From positions 128,001 through 192,000 of the forward strand of contig OY729431.1 of NCBI GenBank assembly GCA_963422395.1: a DNA stretch of 64,000 bases. Reading direction: 5' to 3'. A program made the translations under genes and the position numbers. This stretch comes from Vicinamibacteria bacterium (GTDB lineage: Bacteria; Acidobacteriota; Vicinamibacteria; Marinacidobacterales; Marinacidobacteraceae). The notes under the pieces were generated by a model that saw only the letters and a list, made by a program, of their open reading frames with translations, was not told the origin of the DNA and ran no database searches. Positions 1 through 9,277 of this stretch are shown piece by piece; position 1 is the stretch's first letter; each line of letters starts with the position of its first letter.

Positions 1-884
1 ACGAGCCGAACCGTGCGCGGCGTGTCGCCAGCGCCCTGAAAAATCGCTACCAGCACCCCGAACGCGCGAAGCGTCCCGTCCGACATGCTGTTCGCCGAGA
101 ATCGCCAGGGAGCGGCGTCGCCGCGCACCTTCTGCAAGAACTCGAGCGTGAGTTTCGGCCCGAGCGTCTTCGTCTCGACTCTCTCGATTCCTGGAACGAT
201 CGCGGCGCAATAGCGGGTGATCCGCTCGACCGCGGAGCCTTCGCTCGCCTTCAGCGCCGCGAACACGCTCGCCAGGTTTGCGCCGTCGCGGTCGAGAACG
301 CCGCCCGGCGCCGGGGACTGGAGGTCGCGTATCCGCTTCGGATCGAGGTTGTAGAAGCCCATCCCGGAGAGAACGTCGTACACCGGCCGGAACACCGGGT
401 GGTTCGAGGCGGGGAGCAGGTACAACCGGTCGGACTGGCCGACGCGGGGAAGCCCAGAGGCGGAGGATGGGATGAGTTCACCATCCTCCGTTCGGAAGCG
501 CCCCGTCTGCGCGGGGTCCGTTGAGCGGACCGCACACTCTTCGCGGCGCACGGCGTAGCCGCCGTTCGGGCGCGCGCCGACCGAGAAGGCATAGGAGGCC
601 TCCACTCCGGGAAGCCGGAGTTCGAGTGTGATCCCGAAGTGATTCGGATGACCGCGCGAGCGGCGCCGCACCTCGCGGATCCCGCCGCGCTCGCGCAGCG
701 CATGGTCGAGCGACGAACGGAGCGCCTGCGAGGTGAAGCGCAGCGCGTCGAGGAAGTTGCTCTTGCCCGCGCCGTTCGGCCCCACCAGCAGCGTGAGCGG
801 CTGCAACGGAACGTCGCAGGCGGCGATGCTCTTGTAGTTGCGGAGGCGGACCCGAGTGATGGTTCGGGAATCCGTGTCGGTCAT
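1..884 (-). CDS. AAA/ABC-type ATPase (AAA_21 / RecF-SMC-like), 3' end outside window
   Basis: Manual translation from ATG 884: MTDTDSRTITRVRLRNYKSIAACDVPLQPLTLLVGPNGAGKSNFLDAL (Walker A); signature-like MSDGTLR near the window edge. Not in the ORF track because it is truncated. Confidence 0.85.
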   Translation of the reverse strand, partial: MTDTDSRTITRVRLRNYKSIAACDVPLQPLTLLVGPNGAGKSNFLDALRFTSQALRSSLDHALRERGGIREVRRRSRGHPNHFGITLELRLPGVEASYAFSVGARPNGGYAVRREECAVRSTDPAQTGRFRTEDGELIPSSASGLPRVGQSDRLYLLPASNHPVFRPVYDVLSGMGFYNLDPKRIRDLQSPAPGGVLDRDGANLASVFAALKASEGSAVERITRYCAAIVPGIERVETKTLGPKLTLEFLQKVRGDAAPWRFSANSMSDGTLRAFGVLVAIFQGAGDTPRTVRL

Positions 885-960
885 CGGGGTCGGGTTCGGA
901 TCGTAGCCGAGGCGCTGCGGCCCGGCCCCGTAGAATCGGACCGCGCGGGAGGAACGTCCG

Positions 961-2415
961 ATGACCGAACCACGGAGCCGGGATGCCTCGTCGGGGCTGG
1001 CAGCCGCGGCCGCGTTACTGGCCGCGCTGGCCGGGTGCGGGGCCGGGGGCGAACCCGCGAAGGAAGCGAACGAGGGCCGCTTCCGGAAGTACGCCGCCGG
1101 GATCGGGGCGCACCACCTCTGCTCCGGAGTGTTCGTGTTGGGGAGGGTCACAGAACGCTCGCCGGAGACGGTGCTCGCCGAGGACATCCTGCCGTTCGAC
1201 GGCTGGGCATGGCAGGACGACTTCGAGTGGGAGGTAGACCTTCCGGATCGAAGCGCCACCGTGTGGGCTGCCGATGTGAACCCGCGCACCGCCCGCTACC
1301 ACGGCGACCAGGGGTGCACGCTGCTCGAGGACGGAGCCGACTCGGTGCGGTTCCCGCCGGTTCCGGTGCCGCGGAACCAGCCCCCGGCGGCGGAGCAGGA
1401 CTGGCCGCTCGGCGACCGGGGTGCCGAAGACCCCGACCAGCCGGGAGTGGACCGGGCGGCGCTCGCCGCCGCGCTCGATGCCGCGATGGGGGAGGAACAG
1501 AACACTCGCGCCCTCGCAGTGGTCCGGCGGGGAAAGATCGTGGGCGAGCGCTACGCCCCCGGCTTCACCCGGAACACCCCGCAGATCAGCTGGTCCGAAG
1601 GCAAGAGCATCACCGCCGCCCTGATCGGAGTGCTGATGCAGCAGGGTCACTTCGGACTCGACGATCCGGCGCCGATCGCCGAATGGCGGGAGGAGGGCGA
1701 TCCCCGCGGCGCGATCCTGATGCGGCACCTGCTCACCATGAGCAGCGGGCTCGACATGACGAACAGCGGGTTCGACGGGCCATCCTCGCTGGTCCCCGAG
1801 AACGAACACATGCGGGTCTATTTCGACGCGCTGCAGGTATTCGAGCACGCCTCCGGCCAGCCCTACGGCATCCCGCCGGGCACCGAGTTCCGCTACCGCA
1901 ACTCCGACCCGCTCAGCCTGGGGCGCATCGTCCGGGAGACGGTCGAGAACGCGGGCGAGGAATACCTCACCTACCCGCAGCGGATGCTGTTCGACCGGAT
2001 CGGCTCCCGCGACTTCGTGCTCGAGCCCGATCCCTGGGGCAACTTCATCCTGAGCGGCTACGACTACGGGAGCGCCGCCGACTGGATGCGCTTCGGCCTC
2101 TTGCACATCTGGGACGGCGTGTTCGAGGGCGACCGCATCCTGCCCGAGGGCTGGTCGGAGTTCGTGAGCAGCCCTTCGCCTGGGGCGCACAACGGGGAAT
2201 ACGGCGGGCTCTGGTGGCTGAACCTCGGCGGCCGGCACCCGGACCTCCCGAAAGACGCCTACTGGGCGGCGGGCCACATGGGACAGATCACCATGGTCCT
2301 CCCCTCCGATGCGGTGGTGGTCGTCCGCCTCGGCCCCAGCCCCGGCGGATTCGACGCCTATCTGAACCGGACCGTCAGCGCGATCCTCGCCGCTTTCGAC
2401 GAGAACGCACGATAG
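961..2415 (+). CDS. Serine hydrolase, beta-lactamase class C family, probable lipoprotein
   Basis: SxxK (SWSEGKS), LLTMSSGL, FRYRN and YWAAGHMGQ motifs; LAGC lipobox. Confidence 0.85.
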   Translation: MTEPRSRDASSGLAAAAALLAALAGCGAGGEPAKEANEGRFRKYAAGIGAHHLCSGVFVLGRVTERSPETVLAEDILPFDGWAWQDDFEWEVDLPDRSATVWAADVNPRTARYHGDQGCTLLEDGADSVRFPPVPVPRNQPPAAEQDWPLGDRGAEDPDQPGVDRAALAAALDAAMGEEQNTRALAVVRRGKIVGERYAPGFTRNTPQISWSEGKSITAALIGVLMQQGHFGLDDPAPIAEWREEGDPRGAILMRHLLTMSSGLDMTNSGFDGPSSLVPENEHMRVYFDALQVFEHASGQPYGIPPGTEFRYRNSDPLSLGRIVRETVENAGEEYLTYPQRMLFDRIGSRDFVLEPDPWGNFILSGYDYGSAADWMRFGLLHIWDGVFEGDRILPEGWSEFVSSPSPGAHNGEYGGLWWLNLGGRHPDLPKDAYWAAGHMGQITMVLPSDAVVVVRLGPSPGGFDAYLNRTVSAILAAFDENAR

Positions 2416-2439
2416 GCGGATCGGGCGGCGTCAGCCTGG

Positions 2440-2476
2440 CCCCCGGCGCGGACCCCGCGAGGTCCGGCGCCGGGGG
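2440..2476. terminator. GC-rich hairpin between convergent genes
   Basis: cccccggcgc-ggacc-ccgcga-ggtcc-g-gcgccggggg inverted repeat; no U-tract. Confidence 0.5.
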
Positions 2477-2507
2477 AACGCCGTTCCCCGCGGGGGGGAG
2501 ACTCGGA

Positions 2508-5414
2508 TCAGAAGATGATGCGGAGGCCGAGTTGCGCCTGCCGCTGGTTGCCGACCTGGGCGGCCCCGAGGCCGAATTCCGGATTCGGCGATCCGTCGCC
2601 GAGGACCGGCTCCTGCTGGTCGGCGCCGGAAACCCGGAAGGCCGCCGTGTCGAGGACGTTGAACATCTCGAAGAGAGCCTCGATCTGGGCGCCGCCGAAC
2701 CGGAGGCGTTTCGTGAGCCGCAGATCGAGGTTCGTCCAGGCGACGTTCCGCTCGCCATTCACCGGCGCGAGTTCGCCGGAGATCACCGCCCGGGTCTGGG
2801 GGCCATGAGGGCCGACGAAGAAGCCGGGGTGGTTGTGGAAACCCACCTCCGGGTCGAGGGCGGTGTAGGGCGAGCCCGACTGGGCGGTGAAGATGCCGCT
2901 CACCAGGACCTCGAAGGGCAGGGTGAAGACTCCACTGGCTACGAAGCGGTGGGGGATGTCGCGGCTGGAGATGCCCCAGTCGTAGTCTGGATCCGACGGA
3001 TCGGTGAGCGTCAAGCTTCCCGAGGAGCGCTCGTTGTCGTCGTTCGAGCGGTCGCGCGACCAGGTGTAGTGCGCCTGGAACTGGATGCCGTCGCGAAAGC
3101 GGCGGCGGAGCGCCGCAGTGAGCGCTGCGTAGTCGGAACGAGCGACTGAGTCCCGGACCAGGATGGTCCCGTAAGCCGGATCGATCCGCTCGCCGGAGTA
3201 CACCGGGCGGCCGAAGCCGTCCCGGGTCGGCGCCGGCACATTCGCGTCCACATTCGAGGCGAGGGTGTCGCCGCGCGCATAGACGAAGTCCAGCGAGGCG
3301 GCGAGATCACGGCCGACCTCCCGCTCGTAGCCGAAGTTGAAGCGCGCGGTCCGCGGGTCCTCGAAGTCGGGATGGACATGGCTCAGCGAGGGGATCAGGC
3401 CGGCGGGCGGGTTGGCGTTGTCGATCGGCGCGCCGAGTGACGAGAATCCGGTCTGTCCGGGAGAGACGATGGCGTTTCCATAGCGCGGAAAGACGCCGGT
3501 GTCGCTGAAAGCGGAGAAGAACAGCAGCGTCGGCGTGCGGCCGTAGAAGACGCCGGCGCCGCCGCGGAGGATGCTCGCCGCATCGAGCGACCAGACGAAG
3601 CCGGCGCGCGGGGAGAAGTTGTCGAGGTCGTCGGGGACGCTCGTCCCTTCCGGCAGGACATGCTGGATGCCGCCGGGGTTGAAGGTGGCGTCCCAGCGGG
3701 CGCCGTAGTTCAGGGTGAGCCGGGAGCTCGGGCTCCACGAATCCTGCGCGTAGAGGCCCACCGTCTGCTGGGTGACATCGAAGTTCGGATTCGACACATC
3801 CCCGAAGAAGATCCGGGCGCGGGCGGCGTTGCCGCTCGTGAAGTCGTCCACCGAGTCGAAGTCGTAGCGCCCATCGGCGTTCCCGGCGAAGTACTCGCTC
3901 AGCAGGTCGTGGTTCAGACTGAAGCCGAGGCGGATCTCGTGGTTCCCGGCGAGGAAGGAGAAGCGCTCCTGGATCTCGAACTTCTGCTCGTCCACATAGA
4001 TCGGCAGCCACCAGGGCTTGCCGAAGGAGCCGAAGGAGGGCGAGAAGATGCGAAAGTTGGCCTGGAGCGCCCCGTCGGGCAGGTTCGCCAGTCGGTCGAG
4101 GTCGTCATAGGCGTACTGGACCCGGAATTCGTTGACCCCGGTGTCGCCGATCAACGACACCACCGAGCCCACCAGCGCATGGGTGCGCTGGAGCTTCCGA
4201 GATTCTTCGGCGACATAGTCGGAGGTGCGCGCGTAGTCGGTGAAGTTGTAGCGGAGGGTCAGCGAGTGCCGGTCGTTCACCCGGTGGTTCAGCTTCCCGA
4301 AGAGGATTAGGTTGTCGGTCGCGCGGACGAACTGCCCGCTGGCGGTGCCGTCGCCGTTGGGGCTGAACCCGTTGAGCAGATCGGGATAGCGGGCGAGCAC
4401 TGCGTCGTACTGTCCGGCGCCCCGGATGTCCTGGAGGAAGGGCTGGCTGCGCGCGGTCTGGTCGTAGGACAAGAAGAAGTGGGTGCGGTCGCGGGCGATC
4501 GGGCCTCCGAAGGAGGCGCCCCAGTTGTAGCGCTCGAATTCGTCCACCTCATAGCGGTCGTCGTCCGCGGCGATGCCCTGCGCGCCGTCGAGCGGCGACT
4601 GCGGGAGCCGGGCGACCATCCGGTGGTCGCGGAAGAAGAGGAAGCCGGAACCGGCGAAGTCGTTCGTTCCGGCCTTGGTGACCACATTGATGTAGCCCCC
4701 CCCGGAACGGCCGGCCTCGGCGGAATAGCCACTGGTGACCACCTGGAATTCCTTCACCGATTCCTGCGCCACGACGAGGCCGCCGTTCTCGGTCGCCTCC
4801 CCGCCGCGGCCGTAGCCGAAGAAGGCGCTCTTGGCGTCGGTACCGTCGATGGTGAGCCCCGAGTTGATGCCGCGCTGCCCGCTGAGCGAGATCCCGCCCC
4901 GCTGCGGCTCGACCTTGACCGTCGGTTTCAGCAGCGCGAACTGCACGAAGTCGCGTCCCGAGATCGGCAGCGAGGAGATCTCCTCCTCGGCTACATAGCC
5001 GGCGGCGCCCCCCCGCCCGACTTCGAGGAGCGGAGCTTCTGCGGTCACCAGAACCGTCTCCTCGACCGAGGCGAGTCCGAGCTGCATGTCCACTTCGAGG
5101 ACCTGCCCGACCTGGAGCCGGATCGCCTCTCGGCGCGCGGTGCGGAACCCGGAGAGCGAGGCGACGAGGTCGTATTCCCCGCTGGGAACGGCTCGGAGCG
5201 CGAAGAAGCCCTGGGCATTCGTGACCGCAGTGCGGCCTTGGCCGCGTTCGCGGTCGGCGAGATCCACGGAGGCGCCGGGGAGCGCGGCGCCGGTCTCGTC
5301 GGTGATGAACCCCTGGACCGTGGCGAGCGACTGAGCGTCAGCGAGGGGCGAGGGGAAAGGCGCGAGGGCGAGGGCCAGCAGCGCGCCGGCTAAAGTGATC
5401 CTGGATCGAGTCAT
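2508..5414 (-). CDS. TonB-dependent receptor (Oar-like, N-terminal carboxypeptidase-regulatory-like domain)
   Basis: Signal peptide after ATG 5414; GFITDETGAALPGASV, plug motif EFQVVTSGYSAEAGRSGGGYINVVTKAGTN, C-terminal QLGLRIIF. Confidence 0.92.
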   Translation of the reverse strand: MTRSRITLAGALLALALAPFPSPLADAQSLATVQGFITDETGAALPGASVDLADRERGQGRTAVTNAQGFFALRAVPSGEYDLVASLSGFRTARREAIRLQVGQVLEVDMQLGLASVEETVLVTAEAPLLEVGRGGAAGYVAEEEISSLPISGRDFVQFALLKPTVKVEPQRGGISLSGQRGINSGLTIDGTDAKSAFFGYGRGGEATENGGLVVAQESVKEFQVVTSGYSAEAGRSGGGYINVVTKAGTNDFAGSGFLFFRDHRMVARLPQSPLDGAQGIAADDDRYEVDEFERYNWGASFGGPIARDRTHFFLSYDQTARSQPFLQDIRGAGQYDAVLARYPDLLNGFSPNGDGTASGQFVRATDNLILFGKLNHRVNDRHSLTLRYNFTDYARTSDYVAEESRKLQRTHALVGSVVSLIGDTGVNEFRVQYAYDDLDRLANLPDGALQANFRIFSPSFGSFGKPWWLPIYVDEQKFEIQERFSFLAGNHEIRLGFSLNHDLLSEYFAGNADGRYDFDSVDDFTSGNAARARIFFGDVSNPNFDVTQQTVGLYAQDSWSPSSRLTLNYGARWDATFNPGGIQHVLPEGTSVPDDLDNFSPRAGFVWSLDAASILRGGAGVFYGRTPTLLFFSAFSDTGVFPRYGNAIVSPGQTGFSSLGAPIDNANPPAGLIPSLSHVHPDFEDPRTARFNFGYEREVGRDLAASLDFVYARGDTLASNVDANVPAPTRDGFGRPVYSGERIDPAYGTILVRDSVARSDYAALTAALRRRFRDGIQFQAHYTWSRDRSNDDNERSSGSLTLTDPSDPDYDWGISSRDIPHRFVASGVFTLPFEVLVSGIFTAQSGSPYTALDPEVGFHNHPGFFVGPHGPQTRAVISGELAPVNGERNVAWTNLDLRLTKRLRFGGAQIEALFEMFNVLDTAAFRVSGADQQEPVLGDGSPNPEFGLGAAQVGNQRQAQLGLRIIF

Positions 5415-5524
5415 GGTCTGGGGGGTTCTCCCGGGGGAAAAGGCTGGAAGGAAGGGGGCGGGGGTCTCATGCGGCCCTCCGAAAGACGGAATCTTCGAGT
5501 TGAATTCGAGGCGGTTCAAGGACG

Positions 5525-6397
5525 ATGCGGAATAAAAATGAAGACAGACGCAGAATTTCCGGCGAAGCGGCGCCCCGCGGATGGCCCGGAAATCGGACCG
5601 CGGTGCAGGGCCCCGGAGGGTCTTCTTCTGGCGGGCAGCGGCTCGCCGGGAGAGTGGCGGTGGTCAGCGGTGCCGCCGCCGGGATCGGCCGGGCCACCGC
5701 TGAGCTCTTCGCCGAAGAGGGCGCCCGGGTGGTGCTCGCCGACATCGCCGGCGAGGCGGTCCGCGAAGCTGCGGCGGCGATCCGGGAGGCCGGCGGCGAA
5801 GCGCTCGCGGTGGCGGCCGATGTGTCCGAGGAAACGGGCGTCGAGGCGGTCATCGGCGCTGCTGAGCGGGGTCTCGGCCCGGTGGAGGTGCTCGTGAACA
5901 ACGCCGGGGTCGAGCTCAAGAAGCTCGTCGAGGACACGAGCCTCGCCGAGTGGGAGCGCATCTTGCGCACGAACCTGACCTCGGCGTTCCTGATGTCGCG
6001 GCGGGTGGTGCCCGGCATGAAGGAGCGGCGCCGCGGAGCGATCGTCATGAACTCTTCGGTGGGGAACTTCATCGCTGCGACCCGGAGTTCTGCGTACGGG
6101 GCGTCCAAGGCGGGCATGATGGCGCTCGCGCGAGGGCTCGCGCTCGAAGGGGCGCCGTACGGCATCCGGGTGAACGCCGTCTGCCCGGGGGTGATCGCCA
6201 CCCCGATGAATGAACGGAATCTGGCGCGGGCCGAGGACCCGGAGGCGATGCGGCGTTCGTGGTACGAGGTGACCCCGCTGGGCCGTCTGGGCACTCCCCG
6301 CGATGTCGCGCACGCGATCCTGTTCCTGGCGAGCGACGAGTCGAGCTTCGTGACCGGCCTGCCGTTGGTCATCGACGGCGGCAGGCTGATCCAGTAA
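5525..6397 (+). CDS. SDR family oxidoreductase
   Basis: SGAAAGIG, NNAG and YGASK motifs; true start may be downstream. Confidence 0.9.
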   Translation: MRNKNEDRRRISGEAAPRGWPGNRTAVQGPGGSSSGGQRLAGRVAVVSGAAAGIGRATAELFAEEGARVVLADIAGEAVREAAAAIREAGGEALAVAADVSEETGVEAVIGAAERGLGPVEVLVNNAGVELKKLVEDTSLAEWERILRTNLTSAFLMSRRVVPGMKERRRGAIVMNSSVGNFIAATRSSAYGASKAGMMALARGLALEGAPYGIRVNAVCPGVIATPMNERNLARAEDPEAMRRSWYEVTPLGRLGTPRDVAHAILFLASDESSFVTGLPLVIDGGRLIQ

Positions 6398-6540
6398 CGC
6401 AGTAGTTTCCGTCTGTCCTCACGGAATCCCGGCTTCCGAACGACCTCCGGAACCGCCGCGGGAGTTCGTCCGAAACGATGGAGTCTCTGGTCAGGTTGCG
6501 GTCGGGAGGATTGATCCGGCTTTCCCGCGCCGGCGGTCGG

Positions 6541-6744
6541 TCAGACTTCCAGCGTGGGGGCCGGTTCTGCCGGTTCGGGTTGCCGGGCTCGCGGACAGCC
6601 GTTGCAGGCGTCCCCGATCGGGCCTTCCTCTCCGCAGGGGCGGAGAGTGCAGCGGCGCCGGAGCAGCGAGCCGAGGCCCAGCAGGAAGATCGATAGAGCC
6701 GCGACCGCGACGGTGAGCAGGAGGATTCCGACCAGCTCCAGCAT
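6541..6744 (-). CDS. nqrM: Na+-NQR maturation protein NqrM-like (single TM plus Cys cluster)
   Basis: 67 aa; N-terminal TM helix followed by C-x4-C...C-x2-C; lies downstream of apbE on the nqr strand. Confidence 0.6.
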   Translation of the reverse strand: MLELVGILLLTVAVAALSIFLLGLGSLLRRRCTLRPCGEEGPIGDACNGCPRARQPEPAEPAPTLEV

Positions 6745-6920
6745 CGTCGGCGCATCCTACTTCCAACGGGAGTAGCCGGCGGCTCTCGGGGCTTCCTTTC
6801 GGGAACCGCGGCATCCAGGAAAGCCGGCGGCGCTGCGGAACGCGAAGGCCCGCGCGAAGAACCTCTCGCCGGTCGGTGCTGCGGCCGGTCGCCATTGAAA
6901 AGCGCCGGCTGCCGGCGCGC

Positions 6921-7115
6921 TTAGCAGCCTGTGGACAAAGTCACACGGCCAAAGGTCGGCGATGCCCAGTTCTCCCGGTGGGGGCCCCGGCTGAACGCTT
7001 CGCTCGGCGTTGCGATTCCGTCGGAATACACCCGGTATGCCTCCCGAATCGCGCCTTGTCAGCTGGGCGCCTCCCCGATCTTGGGGCTCGCGCCACTTTA
7101 TCCACAGACTGCTAG
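6921..7115. mobile_element. MITE-like element, full copy
   Basis: Left end tagcagcctgtggacaaagt (6922-6941) matches the reverse complement of the right end 7095-7114 (tagcagtctgtggataaagt) at 18/20; outer TTAG/CTAG; internal hairpins. Confidence 0.75.
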
Positions 7116-8038
7116 GAGGCCTGCCGGAATTCCTGGTAGCGAAGGTCCAGGCGATCCGGGTCCGGATGGTCTGCCGCCCGTCGAGGCCGCCCGATCGACT
7201 GGCCGTGGAGCCCCTGCAGCCCGTGCCGCAGCATCGGGCCATCCTGCTCTTCCAGCAGATCGGGCCGGACCTGGATGACTCCCTTCGGAGTCACTCCCAT
7301 GAAGAACCGATCGAACGCCGCGTGGTGGATCTTGCAGAGCGCGAGCGCGTTCGGAACGATGAGGTCCCCGGTCGGGTCGCGGACGGGAACGATGCGCGCC
7401 GCATCGAGCAGCGGTTCCTGCTGCAGTCGGCAGAAGGCGCAACGGTTCCGGTAGGCATGCAGCACGCGGTGTCGGAAGACCCGCTGGTGGATGCGGACCA
7501 CGGCTCTTCGCGTGGGATAACCGCGCGCTAGCGAACGATCGGCCGCTGCCGAGGCGCCGTCGGGCGGGACCTCCGAGAGATGCTCGGCATATCGGGGGTC
7601 GTCCACGGCCACCTCGAAGGCGAGCTCGTTGGCCAGATTCCCCACGATGTACGCCGGCCAAATCGTCAGGTAGAGCCCCGGCCGGATGCCGTGGAAGTAG
7701 GCGGCCGGCTGTTCGGTCTCCATGAGCCGGCGCAGCCCCGCATTGTCGCGGTGCTCTGGGTCCGTTCCGCAATAGCGATAGCGCAGCAGACCGGTCTCGC
7801 GGTCGAAGTCGTCGGCGTACGGGTTCTTCGGAGAGGTGGTGATGGAGAGCGGCATCGCCAGCTGGCGCGGCTTCCAGATGCCCCGCTGGTTCATGAGCGG
7901 GATCCGCATTCCTCGGAACCGGAACCCGGCCCGGAGCCGCTCCCATTCCAGCTCGGGTCCGAACCGGTCGGTCTGCTCGCGAAGCCAGTTTCCCGCCGCT
8001 ACCCGGATCGCACGGTCGTCGAAGTTCGGCGAGAACAC
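7112..8038 (-). CDS. HNH endonuclease with N-terminal SRA-like domain (putative restriction nuclease); predicted catalytic His replaced by Arg
   Basis: GTG 8038; HQRVFRHRVLHAYRNRCAFC...LDAARIVP...NALALCKIHHAAFD. Confidence 0.8.
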   Translation of the reverse strand: MFSPNFDDRAIRVAAGNWLREQTDRFGPELEWERLRAGFRFRGMRIPLMNQRGIWKPRQLAMPLSITTSPKNPYADDFDRETGLLRYRYCGTDPEHRDNAGLRRLMETEQPAAYFHGIRPGLYLTIWPAYIVGNLANELAFEVAVDDPRYAEHLSEVPPDGASAAADRSLARGYPTRRAVVRIHQRVFRHRVLHAYRNRCAFCRLQQEPLLDAARIVPVRDPTGDLIVPNALALCKIHHAAFDRFFMGVTPKGVIQVRPDLLEEQDGPMLRHGLQGLHGQSIGRPRRAADHPDPDRLDLRYQEFRQAS

Positions 8039-8124
8039 GGAGCAGTCGGCCGCAAGAGTACTCGTCCTCCGACGGCGCCGACTGTTGGGCAGGGTCGAAC
8101 CCGTGTATCCAGCACTGAATTCCT

Positions 8125-9270
8125 TCAGTGCCTTCCGCTGCGTATCGCTGCCGCGAAGGCAGGGGTGGCGGTCTCTCCGATGGCTCCGTCGCGGTCGGCA
8201 CGCAGGAAGAGCGCTGCGAGGCCGCGCCGTCCGGCGAGTTCGAGCCCGGCCGCCGGGCCGAGGACGAACAGCGCGGTGGCCCAGGCGTCGGCCTCGAGGC
8301 AGGATCCGGCCAGCACGGTGACCGATTCCGTCCAGCGCTCCACCGGCTGACCGGTGCGGGGGTCGAGGATGTGGGTCCAGTAGCGGAGGGCGCCGCCTTC
8401 CGCGCTTCCTCCGCCCGCCCCGTTCGCGGGACTGGCGGCGCGGAAGTCTCGGTAACCGCCCGAAGTCGCCAATCCCAGATCGGCGACCCGAAAGCTTCGG
8501 TGGACCCGGCGCGCGAAAAGGATCGAGGGGGTCTCCACGCCGACAGTCCATCTGCCCCGGATGCGGATTTCGCCTCCCACTTCGACGAGGTGTTCCGAGA
8601 ATCCGAGCCTGTCGAGCGCGCGGGAGACCCGGTCCACCGCGTAGCCCTTGGCGATGCCCGAGAGGTCCAGCTCGATTCCCGGGGCCGTCCGGTGGAGGAG
8701 GGTCTGGCCGTCGGGGAGGCGTTCGAGGGATACCAGGCCGCTCCCGACCCTTGCCCGCTCCGCCGCTGCCGCCTCCGGGGTCGGCGGGGGGGCGCCCCGA
8801 TCGCCGTCCGGTCCGAAACCGAACCGCCGGAGCAGCGGGCCGACGGTTATCTCGAAGGCCCCGCCCGATTCCTCTCCGATCCGGAGCGCGGCTTCGAGGA
8901 CCCGGGCGAGCGGAGGGGAGAGCGGAACCGGTCCCGGGGCCTTCGACCGGTTCAGCCGCGAGAGCTCGGAGTCGGCCCGCCAGCTGGACATGCTGCGGTC
9001 CACCGCGTCGAGTTCCGTTTCGACCGCGCTGCGGAGGTCCGCCGGATCGCCGGGCGCGCCGCGGGTCCGCACCGTCCAGCGGGTTCCAAAAGCCTCGCCT
9101 TCGAGCGCGAGGTCCGGTTCCGGTCCGACTCCGCCGAAGCACCCCGCGAGCAGGGCCGAAAGTGCGGCCGCCGAAGAAGCCGCCAAGCCGGCGGGGAGCA
9201 GCAGCCTGGGAGCGAGGCTCCGCCGCCGGTTTCGGACACGGACCGCAGTTTCCCCGGGATGCCGGGTCAT
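8125..9270 (-). CDS. apbE: FAD:protein FMN transferase
   Basis: SELSRLN, GAFEITVGPL, DLSGIAKGYAVD, ATSGGY, HILDPRTG and ADAWATAL motifs. Confidence 0.95.
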   Translation of the reverse strand: MTRHPGETAVRVRNRRRSLAPRLLLPAGLAASSAAALSALLAGCFGGVGPEPDLALEGEAFGTRWTVRTRGAPGDPADLRSAVETELDAVDRSMSSWRADSELSRLNRSKAPGPVPLSPPLARVLEAALRIGEESGGAFEITVGPLLRRFGFGPDGDRGAPPPTPEAAAAERARVGSGLVSLERLPDGQTLLHRTAPGIELDLSGIAKGYAVDRVSRALDRLGFSEHLVEVGGEIRIRGRWTVGVETPSILFARRVHRSFRVADLGLATSGGYRDFRAASPANGAGGGSAEGGALRYWTHILDPRTGQPVERWTESVTVLAGSCLEADAWATALFVLGPAAGLELAGRRGLAALFLRADRDGAIGETATPAFAAAIRSGRH

Positions 9271-9277
9271 GGCGCGA

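Noticed and set aside
2478-2500. gttccccgcg resembling a type I-E CRISPR repeat start
   Set aside because: Single occurrence, no spacer periodicity and no cas genes
7090-7110. oriC suggested by DnaA boxes
   Set aside because: The boxes are isolated within a repeat element; no cluster, unwinding element or dnaA context
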